Shown here in pieces: positions 29,515 through 37,379 of a stretch of 38,087 bases of DNA. The position numbers and the translations under genes were made by a program. The stretch's first letter is position 1. The number at the start of each line of letters is the position of its first letter. Source of the stretch: a virus (Duplodnaviria; Heunggongvirae; Uroviricota; Caudoviricetes); IMG/VR virus record IMGVR_UViG_2711768019_000014. One strand, given 5' to 3'. The notes beneath the pieces were generated by a model. It ran no database searches. It worked only from the letters and a program-made list of their open reading frames with translations, and was not told where the DNA came from.

Positions 29515-29747
29515 GCTGCACCTCCGAGATGCTTCATGTTTTTTCCGGAGCGAAAGGCTATAAGCGGCATACTGACGCGGTAATTACGGCCCAGCGGTTC
29601 ACAAATCACCTTCTGGCATTCACGGTCAACCAGGCTAACACGTAGAACATGCCCTGCAGGCGTGGTGTACCACTGCCCAACTGTAGGAATTGATATTTTT
29701 TTACGCTGAAGCAAACGGCAAATATTGAGGATCAACGGATTAAGCAT
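29511..29747 (-). CDS. Hypothetical protein (78 aa)
   Basis: ORF with 4-nt overlaps to both neighbours, suggesting translational coupling within the early-right operon. Confidence 0.4.
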   Translation of the reverse strand: MLNPLILNICRLLQRKKISIPTVGQWYTTPAGHVLRVSLVDRECQKVICEPLGRNYRVSMPLIAFRSGKNMKHLGGAA

Positions 29748-30576
29748 GACGATGCCCTCCGCTGATATTCAGGAGACGGTGAATATGAAAATTAGCCTTA
29801 TCCGCCAGACGAATACGTTCAGCTTGCAAGTTAAGAAGGGTTTCTACCAGAACCTGATGTGCCTGCGGATCCGAAAGAGTTACCTTGCGCAGAGCACGTA
29901 GTGCAGTTGTTACATAACTGAGTTTATGTAAGTCTTCATCATTCAGACGAGTGAGGGCTGGGACAGTAGCCATGATGGCAGCCTCCTTGATCGGTGAAAT
30001 ACTTCCACCACCGGAAACGCCAATTTCGCTGGTGGTGAACTGAACGGGGTTGGCGTAACCGGTGATCAAGGAAACCGGCGCATCTTTCGATGCCCCCGCC
30101 CAGCCCACCATAACTTTGATGTGAGCAAATGCGGACGATAAAAAAGACGCTGGCGCGTCATATATCGCCTTGATCAATTCCAGGACGCCAATCCCGGCAC
30201 CCGCTTTATAAGGTGCCTGAACAGTGTAACGTCCCGGAATGGCAGAATCAATGTGCTGGTGGTCCTTCACACTCAACAAAATCACGCCTGAATTTCCACA
30301 AAGGACTAAAGCACTCATGCGGGTAGTCTTTGCGAAGATAGATAACGCGCTGTGTTTCTGGCTCCCAACGAATAACATGAACATAAAGTCCTCTTCCGTC
30401 ACGAAACCAGCGGTTAAGTTCCTGCACAACTCGCCCCCCACAGTCAGGTAAAGTTCTCTGTGGTTACTTACAGCCAGGTGATTTGGTAATCTGCATTCAT
30501 GCCGTAACAACAGGTGTTCAGCGACGCTGACCACCAGCTGTTGCGACAAACGGTTATTTGCCGTTAAACTGTTCAT
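29740..30576 (-). CDS. Hypothetical early protein (278 aa)
   Basis: Long ORF coupled to its neighbours; no motif recognised. Confidence 0.5.
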   Translation of the reverse strand: MNSLTANNRLSQQLVVSVAEHLLLRHECRLPNHLAVSNHRELYLTVGGELCRNLTAGFVTEEDFMFMLFVGSQKHSALSIFAKTTRMSALVLCGNSGVILLSVKDHQHIDSAIPGRYTVQAPYKAGAGIGVLELIKAIYDAPASFLSSAFAHIKVMVGWAGASKDAPVSLITGYANPVQFTTSEIGVSGGGSISPIKEAAIMATVPALTRLNDEDLHKLSYVTTALRALRKVTLSDPQAHQVLVETLLNLQAERIRLADKANFHIHRLLNISGGHRHA

Positions 30577-31136
30577 GCGTTAGTTTCTCCACAGACACAA
30601 AACGCCACGACGCCCGGAGCTGCACACTCGCGGGCGTCACTCTTTTCTGGAGCGCAAAAGATTTTGTAGACCAGTGCTGCATGCTCCTGGAGCTTCGAAA
30701 TTGACAGATACAACTCATCATTAATTGCTGTCTGCTCGTGTGGCTCCACTACCCCATCTTCGATTGCCGAACGAATCTGCTTTGAGTAACTCCCGATCTG
30801 TTCGATGACTTCCAGCAGGCGCTGGTTTATATCGGCGTTCTCTACTTCCTCAATTTCAGGAAGCGATACAAACACCCCACCAGCAGACTGTGCGACAGCA
30901 TCCGCAATGTAGTGAGTGCCAGCCGCGCGCTGTAAAATCATTGCCCATCCCAGCGGGAAAATCTGATCGCCATCTGCACGAAGGCGGTTGAATAAAGCGT
31001 TCTCTGTTACATCCAGCCACTCAGCAGCTTCAGCGTAACCCCCCGGCAACGCCGCGATAGTTTTTCTGACAGCTTTCACGTACCACTCAGGCTGTTTTTC
31101 TACTTTCCAGTGATGCTTACCCACGGTTAGCCTCAT
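30573..31136 (-). CDS. Hypothetical early regulatory protein in the cII position
   Basis: 187-aa ORF immediately downstream of the cro-like gene; function assigned only by position. Confidence 0.45.
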   Translation of the reverse strand: MRLTVGKHHWKVEKQPEWYVKAVRKTIAALPGGYAEAAEWLDVTENALFNRLRADGDQIFPLGWAMILQRAAGTHYIADAVAQSAGGVFVSLPEIEEVENADINQRLLEVIEQIGSYSKQIRSAIEDGVVEPHEQTAINDELYLSISKLQEHAALVYKIFCAPEKSDARECAAPGVVAFCVCGETNA

Positions 31137-31167
31137 CGTTCTGTGGTTAAAAATTGAAGGTGTTCTG

Positions 31168-31368
31168 TTAATCTTTCGGATAGATATCCGGTCTTAAGTC
31201 AGATTTCGTAATTGCACCTGACGTGCATTGCTCAAGTTTTTTAGCCAGCACAAAACTGGCTTTTTTATAACCATTGAAAACCAGCCGTAAGTAGCCTGGT
31301 GTTGAGCCAACTTTTCCGGCCAACTCACCCTGCTGTTCTTTGGTTAAAGAGTCCCAATACGCTTTCAT
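31168..31368 (-). CDS. Cro-like HTH regulator (YdaS/Cro family)
   Basis: 66 aa (MKAYWDSLTKEQQGELAGKVGSTPGYLRLVFNGYKK...); GGAGG 10 nt upstream; divergent from the repressor gene. Confidence 0.7.
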   Translation of the reverse strand: MKAYWDSLTKEQQGELAGKVGSTPGYLRLVFNGYKKASFVLAKKLEQCTSGAITKSDLRPDIYPKD

Positions 31369-31458
31369 ACAATATGTACCTCCGGTATACATATTACATG
31401 ATTGAGATGAACCTTCAAGATACTTGTACCTTATCGGTACAAAGGTTTTAATTTCTTT
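31369..31458. promoter_or_regulatory. Immunity switch region with operator palindromes and divergent promoters (pR-like for cro, pRM-like for the repressor)
   Basis: ATGTACC-tccg-GTATACAT (31374-31392) and TTGTACC-ttatc-GGTACAA (31424-31442); minus-strand TTGAAG-N16-TAATAT; the repressor ATG has no Shine-Dalgarno, consistent with a leaderless transcript. Confidence 0.55.
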
Positions 31459-32133
31459 ATGAAAACAGTCCATGACATCCGGCGGTCTAACGCCAGAAAA
31501 CTGAGAGATGGTGTTGGCGGGAATTCTTCCTTTGCCACCATGATTGATCGCGAGCCAACCCAGACCAGCAGGTTTATGGGAGATGGTGCAACTAAAAATA
31601 TCGGTGACAGCATGGCACGGCACATCGAAAAATGTTTCGACCTGCCTGTCGGATGGCTTGATCAAGAACACCAGACAACGAACATCACAAAAAAACCTGA
31701 CGTTTCAATCACTAACAAACAAATAACGTTAGTCCCTGTCATATCATGGGTACAGGCCGGAGCATGGAAAGAAGTTGGCTATTCTGAGGTTGATTTGAGC
31801 ACAGCAGAAACTTATCCCTGCCCTGTACCCTGTGGCGAAATGACTTATATCTTGCGGGTGATTGGTGATTCAATGATTGATGAGTACCGCCCGGGAGACA
31901 TGATTTTTGTTGATCCTGAAGTCCCTGCCTGCCACGGTGACGACGTTATTGCATTGATGCACGATACAGGCGAAACCACCTTCAAGCGGTTGATAGAAGA
32001 TGGAACACAGCGTTATCTCAAAGCATTAAACCCAAACTGGCCTGAGCCTTACATTAAGATTAACGGTAATTGCTCTATAATTGGTACAGTGATTTTCTCA
32101 GGAAAACCAAGAAGATACATAATAAAGGCCTAA
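31459..32133 (+). CDS. CI-type prophage repressor with S24 (LexA-like) autopeptidase domain
   Basis: 224 aa; N-terminal HTH region; Ala-Gly cleavage site (VQAGAW); Ser nucleophile in VIGDSM and downstream Lys (TFKRL). Confidence 0.85.
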   Translation: MKTVHDIRRSNARKLRDGVGGNSSFATMIDREPTQTSRFMGDGATKNIGDSMARHIEKCFDLPVGWLDQEHQTTNITKKPDVSITNKQITLVPVISWVQAGAWKEVGYSEVDLSTAETYPCPVPCGEMTYILRVIGDSMIDEYRPGDMIFVDPEVPACHGDDVIALMHDTGETTFKRLIEDGTQRYLKALNPNWPEPYIKINGNCSIIGTVIFSGKPRRYIIKA

Positions 32134-32145
32134 TCAATATTTATA

Positions 32146-32167
32146 ACCTGCTTCGGCAGGTTTTTTT
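32146..32167 (+). terminator. Rho-independent terminator after the repressor gene
   Basis: acctgc-ttcg-gcaggt followed by T7. Confidence 0.6.
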
Positions 32168-32171
32168 ATAC

Positions 32172-32200
32172 TTGACAATGTACCTTTGGGATACATAATG
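32172..32200 (+). promoter_or_regulatory. Strong sigma70-like promoter (pL-like) overlapped by an operator-like palindrome
   Basis: TTGACA-N16-CATAAT; the spacer contains TGTACC-tttg-GGATACA, matching the operator motif in the cro/repressor intergenic region. Confidence 0.55.
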
Positions 32201-32682
32201 TATCTAAAAGAAACACAGCACAGGCAAGATTAAACAAAATTTGGTTGTAACACGGCGTATGGCACATGCGTCGTTAGCGGTCTGGGGACGTTAAAGGGGA
32301 CAATCCACTCCTTGCTCGGGCAAACAAACCAGGTAGCCGGAATGTGCAAGTCAATGATGATGCTGATAAGACGCCTAACCAGCGTGGCGATTCGGTTTGA
32401 CGCCTGGGAAGAGACCAGGGTGCAACGATGAGGACATTTATGGAACCGCGACAAAGTGTGGTGCCGTAACTGGCTAAGTGCTCTCAGCGTTGTGGTGAAT
32501 GCGCAGGCTGATGCGCGAAAGACATTGCAGCTAATGCGGAAAAGAGCTGTTCGGCGGGGCAATTAAACGCCCGTGAGAGTCTGAAATAACCGCAAGCCGG
32601 AGATCAGCACCGGTCACCACAACAGCCACTGCTTTGGCGGTACCAGTTTGTACACTTGCTTCCGGCTGGTACCGCTCTTTTT
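32201..32682 (+). ncRNA. Candidate noncoding leader RNA or regulatory leader (no credible ORF), ending at a terminator-like hairpin
   Basis: About 480 nt between the promoter and a GCGGTACCAG-N19-CTGGTACCGC hairpin followed by TCTTTTT; only very short ORFs without Shine-Dalgarno sequences. Confidence 0.3.
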
Positions 32683-32771
32683 ACAAAACAGAGAAGAGCA
32701 TCACCGGACGACGGGCTCATAACCAAATCCATCCGGGCGGCTGCCACCGCAGGTGTTCTTCTCTGTTTTGT
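32683..32771 (+). promoter_or_regulatory. Long perfect hairpin in the leader (15-bp stem ACAAAACAGAGAAGA / TCTTCTCTGTTTTGT, about 59-nt loop)
   Basis: Read directly; about 45 nt upstream of the first plus-strand gene; overlaps a boxA-like CGCTCTTTTTACAA. Confidence 0.5.
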
Positions 32772-32819
32772 GGAGAAACCAACCGACCTTGCAGGGTCGA
32801 TATGATTAGGAGCAGCAAA

Positions 32820-33182
32820 ATGGCTAGCGAACGCAGTACTGATGTGCAGGCATTTATTGGGGAGCTGGACGGCGGCGTATTTGAAACCAAAATCGGCGCA
32901 GTTCTCAGTGAAGTCGCTTCCGGTGTGATGAACACGAAAACCAAAGGTAAGGTCTCACTCAACCTGGAAATCGAACCATTTGATGAGAACCGTGTGAAAA
33001 TCAAACACAAACTCTCATATGTTCGCCCGACTAACCGCGGGAAAATTTCCGAAGAAGACACCACCGAAACGCCGATGTATGTCAATCGCGGTGGTCGCCT
33101 GACTATTCTGCAGGAAGACCAGGGACAATTACTGACTCTTGCCGGTGAACCTGACGGAAAACTCCGCGCAGCAGGTCATTAA
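32820..33182 (+). CDS. YfdP-like prophage protein (120 aa)
   Basis: AGGAG 8 nt upstream of the ATG; recognised from memory as resembling CPS-53 YfdP. Confidence 0.6.
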   Translation: MASERSTDVQAFIGELDGGVFETKIGAVLSEVASGVMNTKTKGKVSLNLEIEPFDENRVKIKHKLSYVRPTNRGKISEEDTTETPMYVNRGGRLTILQEDQGQLLTLAGEPDGKLRAAGH

Positions 33183-33247
33183 TATCGTTCTTAATTAACC
33201 GATTATTTATCTCATCACTGAATATCTTTATATAGTGAGGACTTATT

Positions 33248-34072
33248 ATGTCTCAGAACTTAGACGCAACCGCAATTAATCAAATCCATGCCCTTATTTC
33301 TGCTCAGGGTGTTAATGAAATTATCAGTAAGATTGGTGCCGATGCTGTGGCATTGCCTGAGAATTTCCGCATTCATGATCTGGAAAAATTAAATTTAAAT
33401 CGTTTCCGTTTCCGTGGTGCGCTTTCCACTGCCAGCATCGATGACTTTACTCGTTATTCTAAAGATCTTGCAGATGAAGGCACCCGCTGCTTTATCGATG
33501 CTGATAATATGCGTGCCGTCAGTGTTCTTAACCTGGGTACTATTGATGAACCAGGTCACGCAGATAACACCGCCACTCTCAAACTGAAAAAGACAGCTCC
33601 GTTCTCTGCTCTGTTGTCTGTTAATGGCGAGCGTAACTCCCAGAAGTCACTGGCAGAATGGATTGAAGACTGGGCCGACTACCTTGTGGGCTTTGATGCT
33701 AATGGTGACGCCATTCAGGCAACCAAAGCGGCTGCGGCGATCCGTAAAATCACAATTGAAGCGAACCAGACCGCTGATTTTGAAGATAATGACTTCAGCG
33801 GCAAACGCTCCCTGATGGAGTCTGTCGAAGCGAAGACCAAAGACATTATGCCAGTGGCATTTGAATTTAAATGCGTTCCGTTTGAAGGTCTGAAAGAACG
33901 TCCGTTTAAATTACGCCTCAGCATTATCACTGGCGATCGTCCTGTACTGGTTCTGCGCATTATTCAGCTGGAAGCGGTACAGGAAGAAATGGCTAACGAA
34001 TTTCGTGATCTGCTTGTTGAGAAATTCAAAGACAGCAAAGTAGAAACCTTTATTGGTACTTTCACCGCCTGA
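33248..34072 (+). CDS. YfdQ-like prophage protein (DUF2303-like, 274 aa)
   Basis: GAGGA Shine-Dalgarno; size and sequence recalled as YfdQ-like. Confidence 0.65.
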   Translation: MSQNLDATAINQIHALISAQGVNEIISKIGADAVALPENFRIHDLEKLNLNRFRFRGALSTASIDDFTRYSKDLADEGTRCFIDADNMRAVSVLNLGTIDEPGHADNTATLKLKKTAPFSALLSVNGERNSQKSLAEWIEDWADYLVGFDANGDAIQATKAAAAIRKITIEANQTADFEDNDFSGKRSLMESVEAKTKDIMPVAFEFKCVPFEGLKERPFKLRLSIITGDRPVLVLRIIQLEAVQEEMANEFRDLLVEKFKDSKVETFIGTFTA

Positions 34073-34248
34073 TTTCATTACTGCAAATGCCCCTGCGGGG
34101 GCATTTACGGAAGCGATAATTTTAACTATTGCCGCCCCTATAAAGAACCATTAAACAATAACGTGACGTAGCTATTGATAGTAAATGAAGCACTTGCAAA
34201 ATAATTGCATTGCGTATATATACACACATGTGTTGTATTACAGCGATA

Positions 34249-35043
34249 ATGGTAAAGCAAATGATTAACTCTGAAGCAATTGAGCAACTAATGTGGCTAT
34301 GGTCCTTATTTGACATTAAATTCTTATCTATTCTTGCCGCTGCCTTCACTATATATTTTGGCGTGCAAAAAATATCAAAAAAGGTGACAGTGTCGTATTC
34401 AGCAAATGCAAGTAGAATATATGACATGCATATATCAACCATAATCCTGAATAATAAAAGAGATAATGCAATTGCTATATCTTCAATCAATATGGAGGTT
34501 GAAGGTAAAGGGATACTACAAGTTATTAAATTTGACTCCCCTCTTCTTTTAAAGAACTATGATTCTTTAAAAGTTGAACCACCAAAATTTAGCAGCCTTT
34601 ACAATAATGATGGCGTAGTTAAGTTAGATATTTCTGATAAGTTTCATTTTTATATAATCACGACATCTGGAGATGAAATTAAATGTATTTCTGAAAATAA
34701 ATATGTAGCACCAAACATGGAAAACAAAATAGCTACAGACATAAGAAAATTTAATGGCATTGTCTTAACAAACAGAATGTCTTATATTTTTTTCTATGCA
34801 AATGACAACGGAGAGAAATACTGCATAATAGATGTTTCATTGTTCATAAATGGTGACAACCCATTTCATTTTAATTTTTTAAAAGAAGATGAATTAAGAG
34901 ATTTTTCTAGCATCCTTATTAGTTACGGATATCACCAACAGTTTAAAAGTTATGCATTGTTTAAAATAGACAACCATCTTGCTCCTTCTTTGGTTTTAAA
35001 TAAATCAATGATAGAAAATAATATTATTGAAATGAATAAGTAA
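34249..35043 (+). CDS. AT-rich membrane-anchored protein of unknown function (start uncertain; ORF opens at 34210)
   Basis: N-terminal transmembrane helix (FLSILAAAFTIYFGV) and a soluble domain of about 220 aa rich in N/K/I; own promoter-like TTGCAA-N17-TATATA at 34194-34222; very low GC. Confidence 0.6.
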   Translation: MVKQMINSEAIEQLMWLWSLFDIKFLSILAAAFTIYFGVQKISKKVTVSYSANASRIYDMHISTIILNNKRDNAIAISSINMEVEGKGILQVIKFDSPLLLKNYDSLKVEPPKFSSLYNNDGVVKLDISDKFHFYIITTSGDEIKCISENKYVAPNMENKIATDIRKFNGIVLTNRMSYIFFYANDNGEKYCIIDVSLFINGDNPFHFNFLKEDELRDFSSILISYGYHQQFKSYALFKIDNHLAPSLVLNKSMIENNIIEMNK

Positions 35044-35079
35044 CTCACCGGGTGCAGCCGGTTATGATGGAGAAATGAT

Positions 35080-35361
35080 ATGAATACCTTGTTTTTACTG
35101 ATGGCTGAATTCAATACCCCAAACATTGAACTCTCAGCAGTTAGTCAAAAATACTTTGGTATGAGTCCAGCCACAGCAGAAGCAAAAGCAAACGCTTGTA
35201 AGTTGCCTGTACCTACATATCGCATCGGTACATCACAAAAAGCAAAACGTTGCATCAATATTCAGGATCTTGCGGAATACATAGACAAAAGACGAGAAGA
35301 AGGACGTATCGAGTGGGAACAGGTCAGAACAGGCAAACAGAAGGGCAAAGAACATCACTAA
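35080..35361 (+). CDS. PrtN-like small DNA-binding protein (excisionase/activator-like)
   Basis: 93 aa; GGAG Shine-Dalgarno; central region KLPVPTYRIGTSQKAKRCINIQDLAEYID resembles PrtN/AlpA-type HTH proteins as I recall them. Confidence 0.55.
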   Translation: MNTLFLLMAEFNTPNIELSAVSQKYFGMSPATAEAKANACKLPVPTYRIGTSQKAKRCINIQDLAEYIDKRREEGRIEWEQVRTGKQKGKEHH

Positions 35362-35396
35362 AGAAAAAACCCGCCTAAAGGCGGGTTTTCAAAAAG
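35362..35396. terminator. Bidirectional rho-independent terminator shared by the convergent plus- and minus-strand operons
   Basis: gaaaaaacccgcc-taaa-ggcgggttttcaaaaa. Confidence 0.65.
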
Positions 35397-35408
35397 CACC
35401 AGCTATGA

Positions 35409-35582
35409 TCATGCTGCTTTGCGACGACGAAGCTTACCCTGCTGCTCTTTACCAGAGACAGTAGCGTGAGTGAACGCATTAGGAGCAGCCTTCATCAGAA
35501 CTTCAACAGCAGCACCCATACCTGCGAATGCTTTCATTGTGTCGAACTTAACCTGTGGCTTGGTTGCTTTTTGATCTTCCAT
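35409..35582 (-). CDS. Small basic protein (57 aa), last gene of the minus-strand operon; absent from the ORF track, which lists only ORFs of 60 aa or more
   Basis: Hand translation MEDQKATKPQVKFDTMKAFAGMGAAVEVLMKAAPNAFTHATVSGKEQQGKLRRRKAA; GGAG 7 nt upstream; ends just before the bidirectional terminator. Confidence 0.45.
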   Translation of the reverse strand: MEDQKATKPQVKFDTMKAFAGMGAAVEVLMKAAPNAFTHATVSGKEQQGKLRRRKAA

Positions 35583-35621
35583 AGAAAACTCCAGAAGCTA
35601 TACCGAAACAATTCCTGTTGT

Positions 35622-36041
35622 TTACTCATCATCAATAGATGATACGCAATATTTATTTTTAAATTTAAGGTTCTTTGGCGTAACTTCATCAGATATATCA
35701 AAACCGTCCAGAATTCTATTGAATGTAGCTTCTGGCATATCATCATGAACGGAAATCTCACCCGATCGCTGCTTTCTAACCATGTTATCCACTCGCCAAA
35801 TTATAGCTTCAGCGTAAACAACATAACTTGGATGCTTGATAAAGCGATGATCACCAGAATTCAAGACGCAAGACGGATCGTGGGGGACACCATCCTTGAT
35901 ACTAGAAATATTAACAACTAAAACACAATAACAATCGTTAACGGGGTAATAAACAGGATCATTACAAATCACATGAAGATGATTGCATGGCCCAGTTGGG
36001 GCAAGCACAGTTCCTTTCCTGTATGGCTGATAATCCGTCAT
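35622..36041 (-). CDS. Hypothetical protein (139 aa), candidate toxin/effector partner of the Panacea-like gene
   Basis: ATGA start/stop overlap with the upstream 66-aa gene; Cys/His-rich N-terminal half; loose resemblance to MazF/PemK-like toxins is a guess only. Confidence 0.55.
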   Translation of the reverse strand: MTDYQPYRKGTVLAPTGPCNHLHVICNDPVYYPVNDCYCVLVVNISSIKDGVPHDPSCVLNSGDHRFIKHPSYVVYAEAIIWRVDNMVRKQRSGEISVHDDMPEATFNRILDGFDISDEVTPKNLKFKNKYCVSSIDDE

Positions 36042-36238
36042 GATAATTGCAAAGAAAATTCCTTAAGTTTCTGAGATTCTTCCATTTTGCCAATTATACG
36101 ATTAGCCTCATCCTCGCTTTTACCCTCACTGATCAGCATTTCTTTCAGGTCTATAGGCTTACGAGAATTGCCAGGATTGTGCCACTCTGGACAAACGCTT
36201 TCTAAATGCGTCATGTTTGCGAGATCAAATCGGTTCAT
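36038..36238 (-). CDS. Hypothetical small protein (66 aa) within the Panacea-like operon
   Basis: Start overlaps the 3' end of the Panacea-like gene; stop overlaps the next start (ATGA). Confidence 0.5.
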   Translation of the reverse strand: MNRFDLANMTHLESVCPEWHNPGNSRKPIDLKEMLISEGKSEDEANRIIGKMEESQKLKEFSLQLS

Positions 36239-36659
36239 ATGCCCATACAGAGAATAGATNNNNNNNNNNNNNNNNNNNNNNNNNNNNNNNNNNNNNNNNN
36301 NNNNNNNNNNNNNNNNNNNNNNNNNNNNNNNNNNNNNNNNNNNNNNNNNNNNNNNNNNNNNNNNNNNNNNNNNNNNNNNNNNNNNNNNNNNNNNNNNNNN
36401 NNNNNNNNNNNNNNNNNNNNNNNNNNNNNNNNNNNNNNNNNNNNNNNNNNNNNNNNNNNNNNNNNNNNNNNNNNNNNNNNNNNNNNNNNNNNNNNNNNNN
36501 NNNNNNNNNNNNNNNNNNNNNNNNNNNNNNNNNNNNNNNNNNNNNNNNNNNGCGGTTAGACAGATAGAGCAGCTTCATCAATTTCAGATATGCCATGCGC
36601 CCACCTCGCTTAAGAAGTAGGTATGCAGCCATTTGAGCTACTTTTTCTTCGCAAAACAT
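36225..36659 (-). CDS. Panacea (DUF4065, SocA-like) domain protein, candidate antitoxin; the middle is N-masked
   Basis: N-terminus MFCEEKVAQMAAYLLLKRGGRMAYLKLMKLLYLSNR matches the Panacea signature (...LKLQKLLY...) as I recall it; GAGG Shine-Dalgarno 8 nt upstream. Confidence 0.6.
   Translation of the reverse strand: MFCEEKVAQMAAYLLLKRGGRMAYLKLMKLLYLSNRXXXXXXXXXXXXXXXXXXXXXXXXXXXXXXXXXXXXXXXXXXXXXXXXXXXXXXXXXXXXXXXXXXXXXXXXXXXXXXXXXXXXXXXXXXXXXXXXXXLFSVWAYEPI
36260..36551. other. N-masked block (292 nt) inside the Panacea-like gene
   Basis: Run of n. Confidence 1.
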
Positions 36660-36751
36660 ATAAGAAACCTCAAAGATAGTGAACTTTGTAATTATTCTCG
36701 ATACTTCATGGGTTGCTTCATCACCAACATGAGCTTCTTATGGTGTGCCCA

Positions 36752-36763
36752 CTTAGGCCTAAG
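36752..36763. repeat. 12-bp perfect palindrome CTTAGGCCTAAG upstream of the Panacea-like operon (candidate operator)
   Basis: Read directly; about 95 nt upstream of the operon's first start codon. Confidence 0.35.
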
Positions 36764-37312
36764 CAACTAGTTACCTTGTTTGTCAAGTTTATAGCTGGCT
36801 TTAATCATGGTCAATTGAAGTGATGAGCAAATGATGCTTTCTAAGAATAACAGGTTCCCAATAGGCTCCCACAAAGTGTATAACTAGTTGTTTTTCAAAA
36901 ACGGTACATCCTATCGAGCATTGGTGCAACGCTAAACCGACCACTCCAGTGAACGTCAGTTTTTTCAGGCATTGCGCTGGTTTGGTTGATTTTTTGCATT
37001 TCAGAATTACCGTGCATTTTCAAATGTAGAGATTATTTTATCGATATATCATGGGGTTATGTTATTCAGCATCACTATTCAGGAGGCTCAATAGCGGGGT
37101 ACTATACCATAACAACAGGAAGCGCCTGTCTCATTGCAAAAGAAAATTGAGATCCTCTCAAGGCATGAAGCTCTCACGAAGTGATGGAAATAATCTTATT
37201 AGCCGTTAACTTTGTTAAGGCCAATGATAAACAATCCAGGTTCGACGATAAATAAAAAATCACACATTAAACTCTGGTGATATATCTCCCTGCTAATAGC
37301 ATTGATAGAGAA

Positions 37313-37345
37313 AAAAGAACCCAATAAATATTGGGTCCTTTTATA
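37313..37345 (-). terminator. Rho-independent terminator downstream of the 37380..38087 gene
   Basis: acccaat-aaat-attgggt hairpin followed on the minus strand by a T-run. Confidence 0.55.
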
Positions 37346-37379
37346 TAATGCCTTCCATACTATCGAAGAACTTCACATA

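Noticed and set aside
31392-31671. Extended 167-aa version of the cro-like ORF
   Set aside because: The extension would overlap the operator region and the repressor start; the Shine-Dalgarno (GGAGG) sits in front of the internal ATG at 31368, giving the expected 66-aa Cro-like protein.
32230-32562. 110-aa minus-strand ORF inside the plus-strand leader region
   Set aside because: No start context and it lies antisense to a promoter-driven leader; the leader is better explained as structured RNA.
32201-32819. Retron msr/msd interpretation of the long inverted repeats in the leader
   Set aside because: No reverse transcriptase gene is present in the window; the repeats are more simply explained as terminator or regulatory hairpins.
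35534-35761. 75-aa minus-strand ORF overlapping the end of the 139-aa gene
   Set aside because: It lies out of frame within the 139-aa gene and the spacer; the 57-aa ORF with a proper Shine-Dalgarno at 35409..35582 is the better call for this interval.
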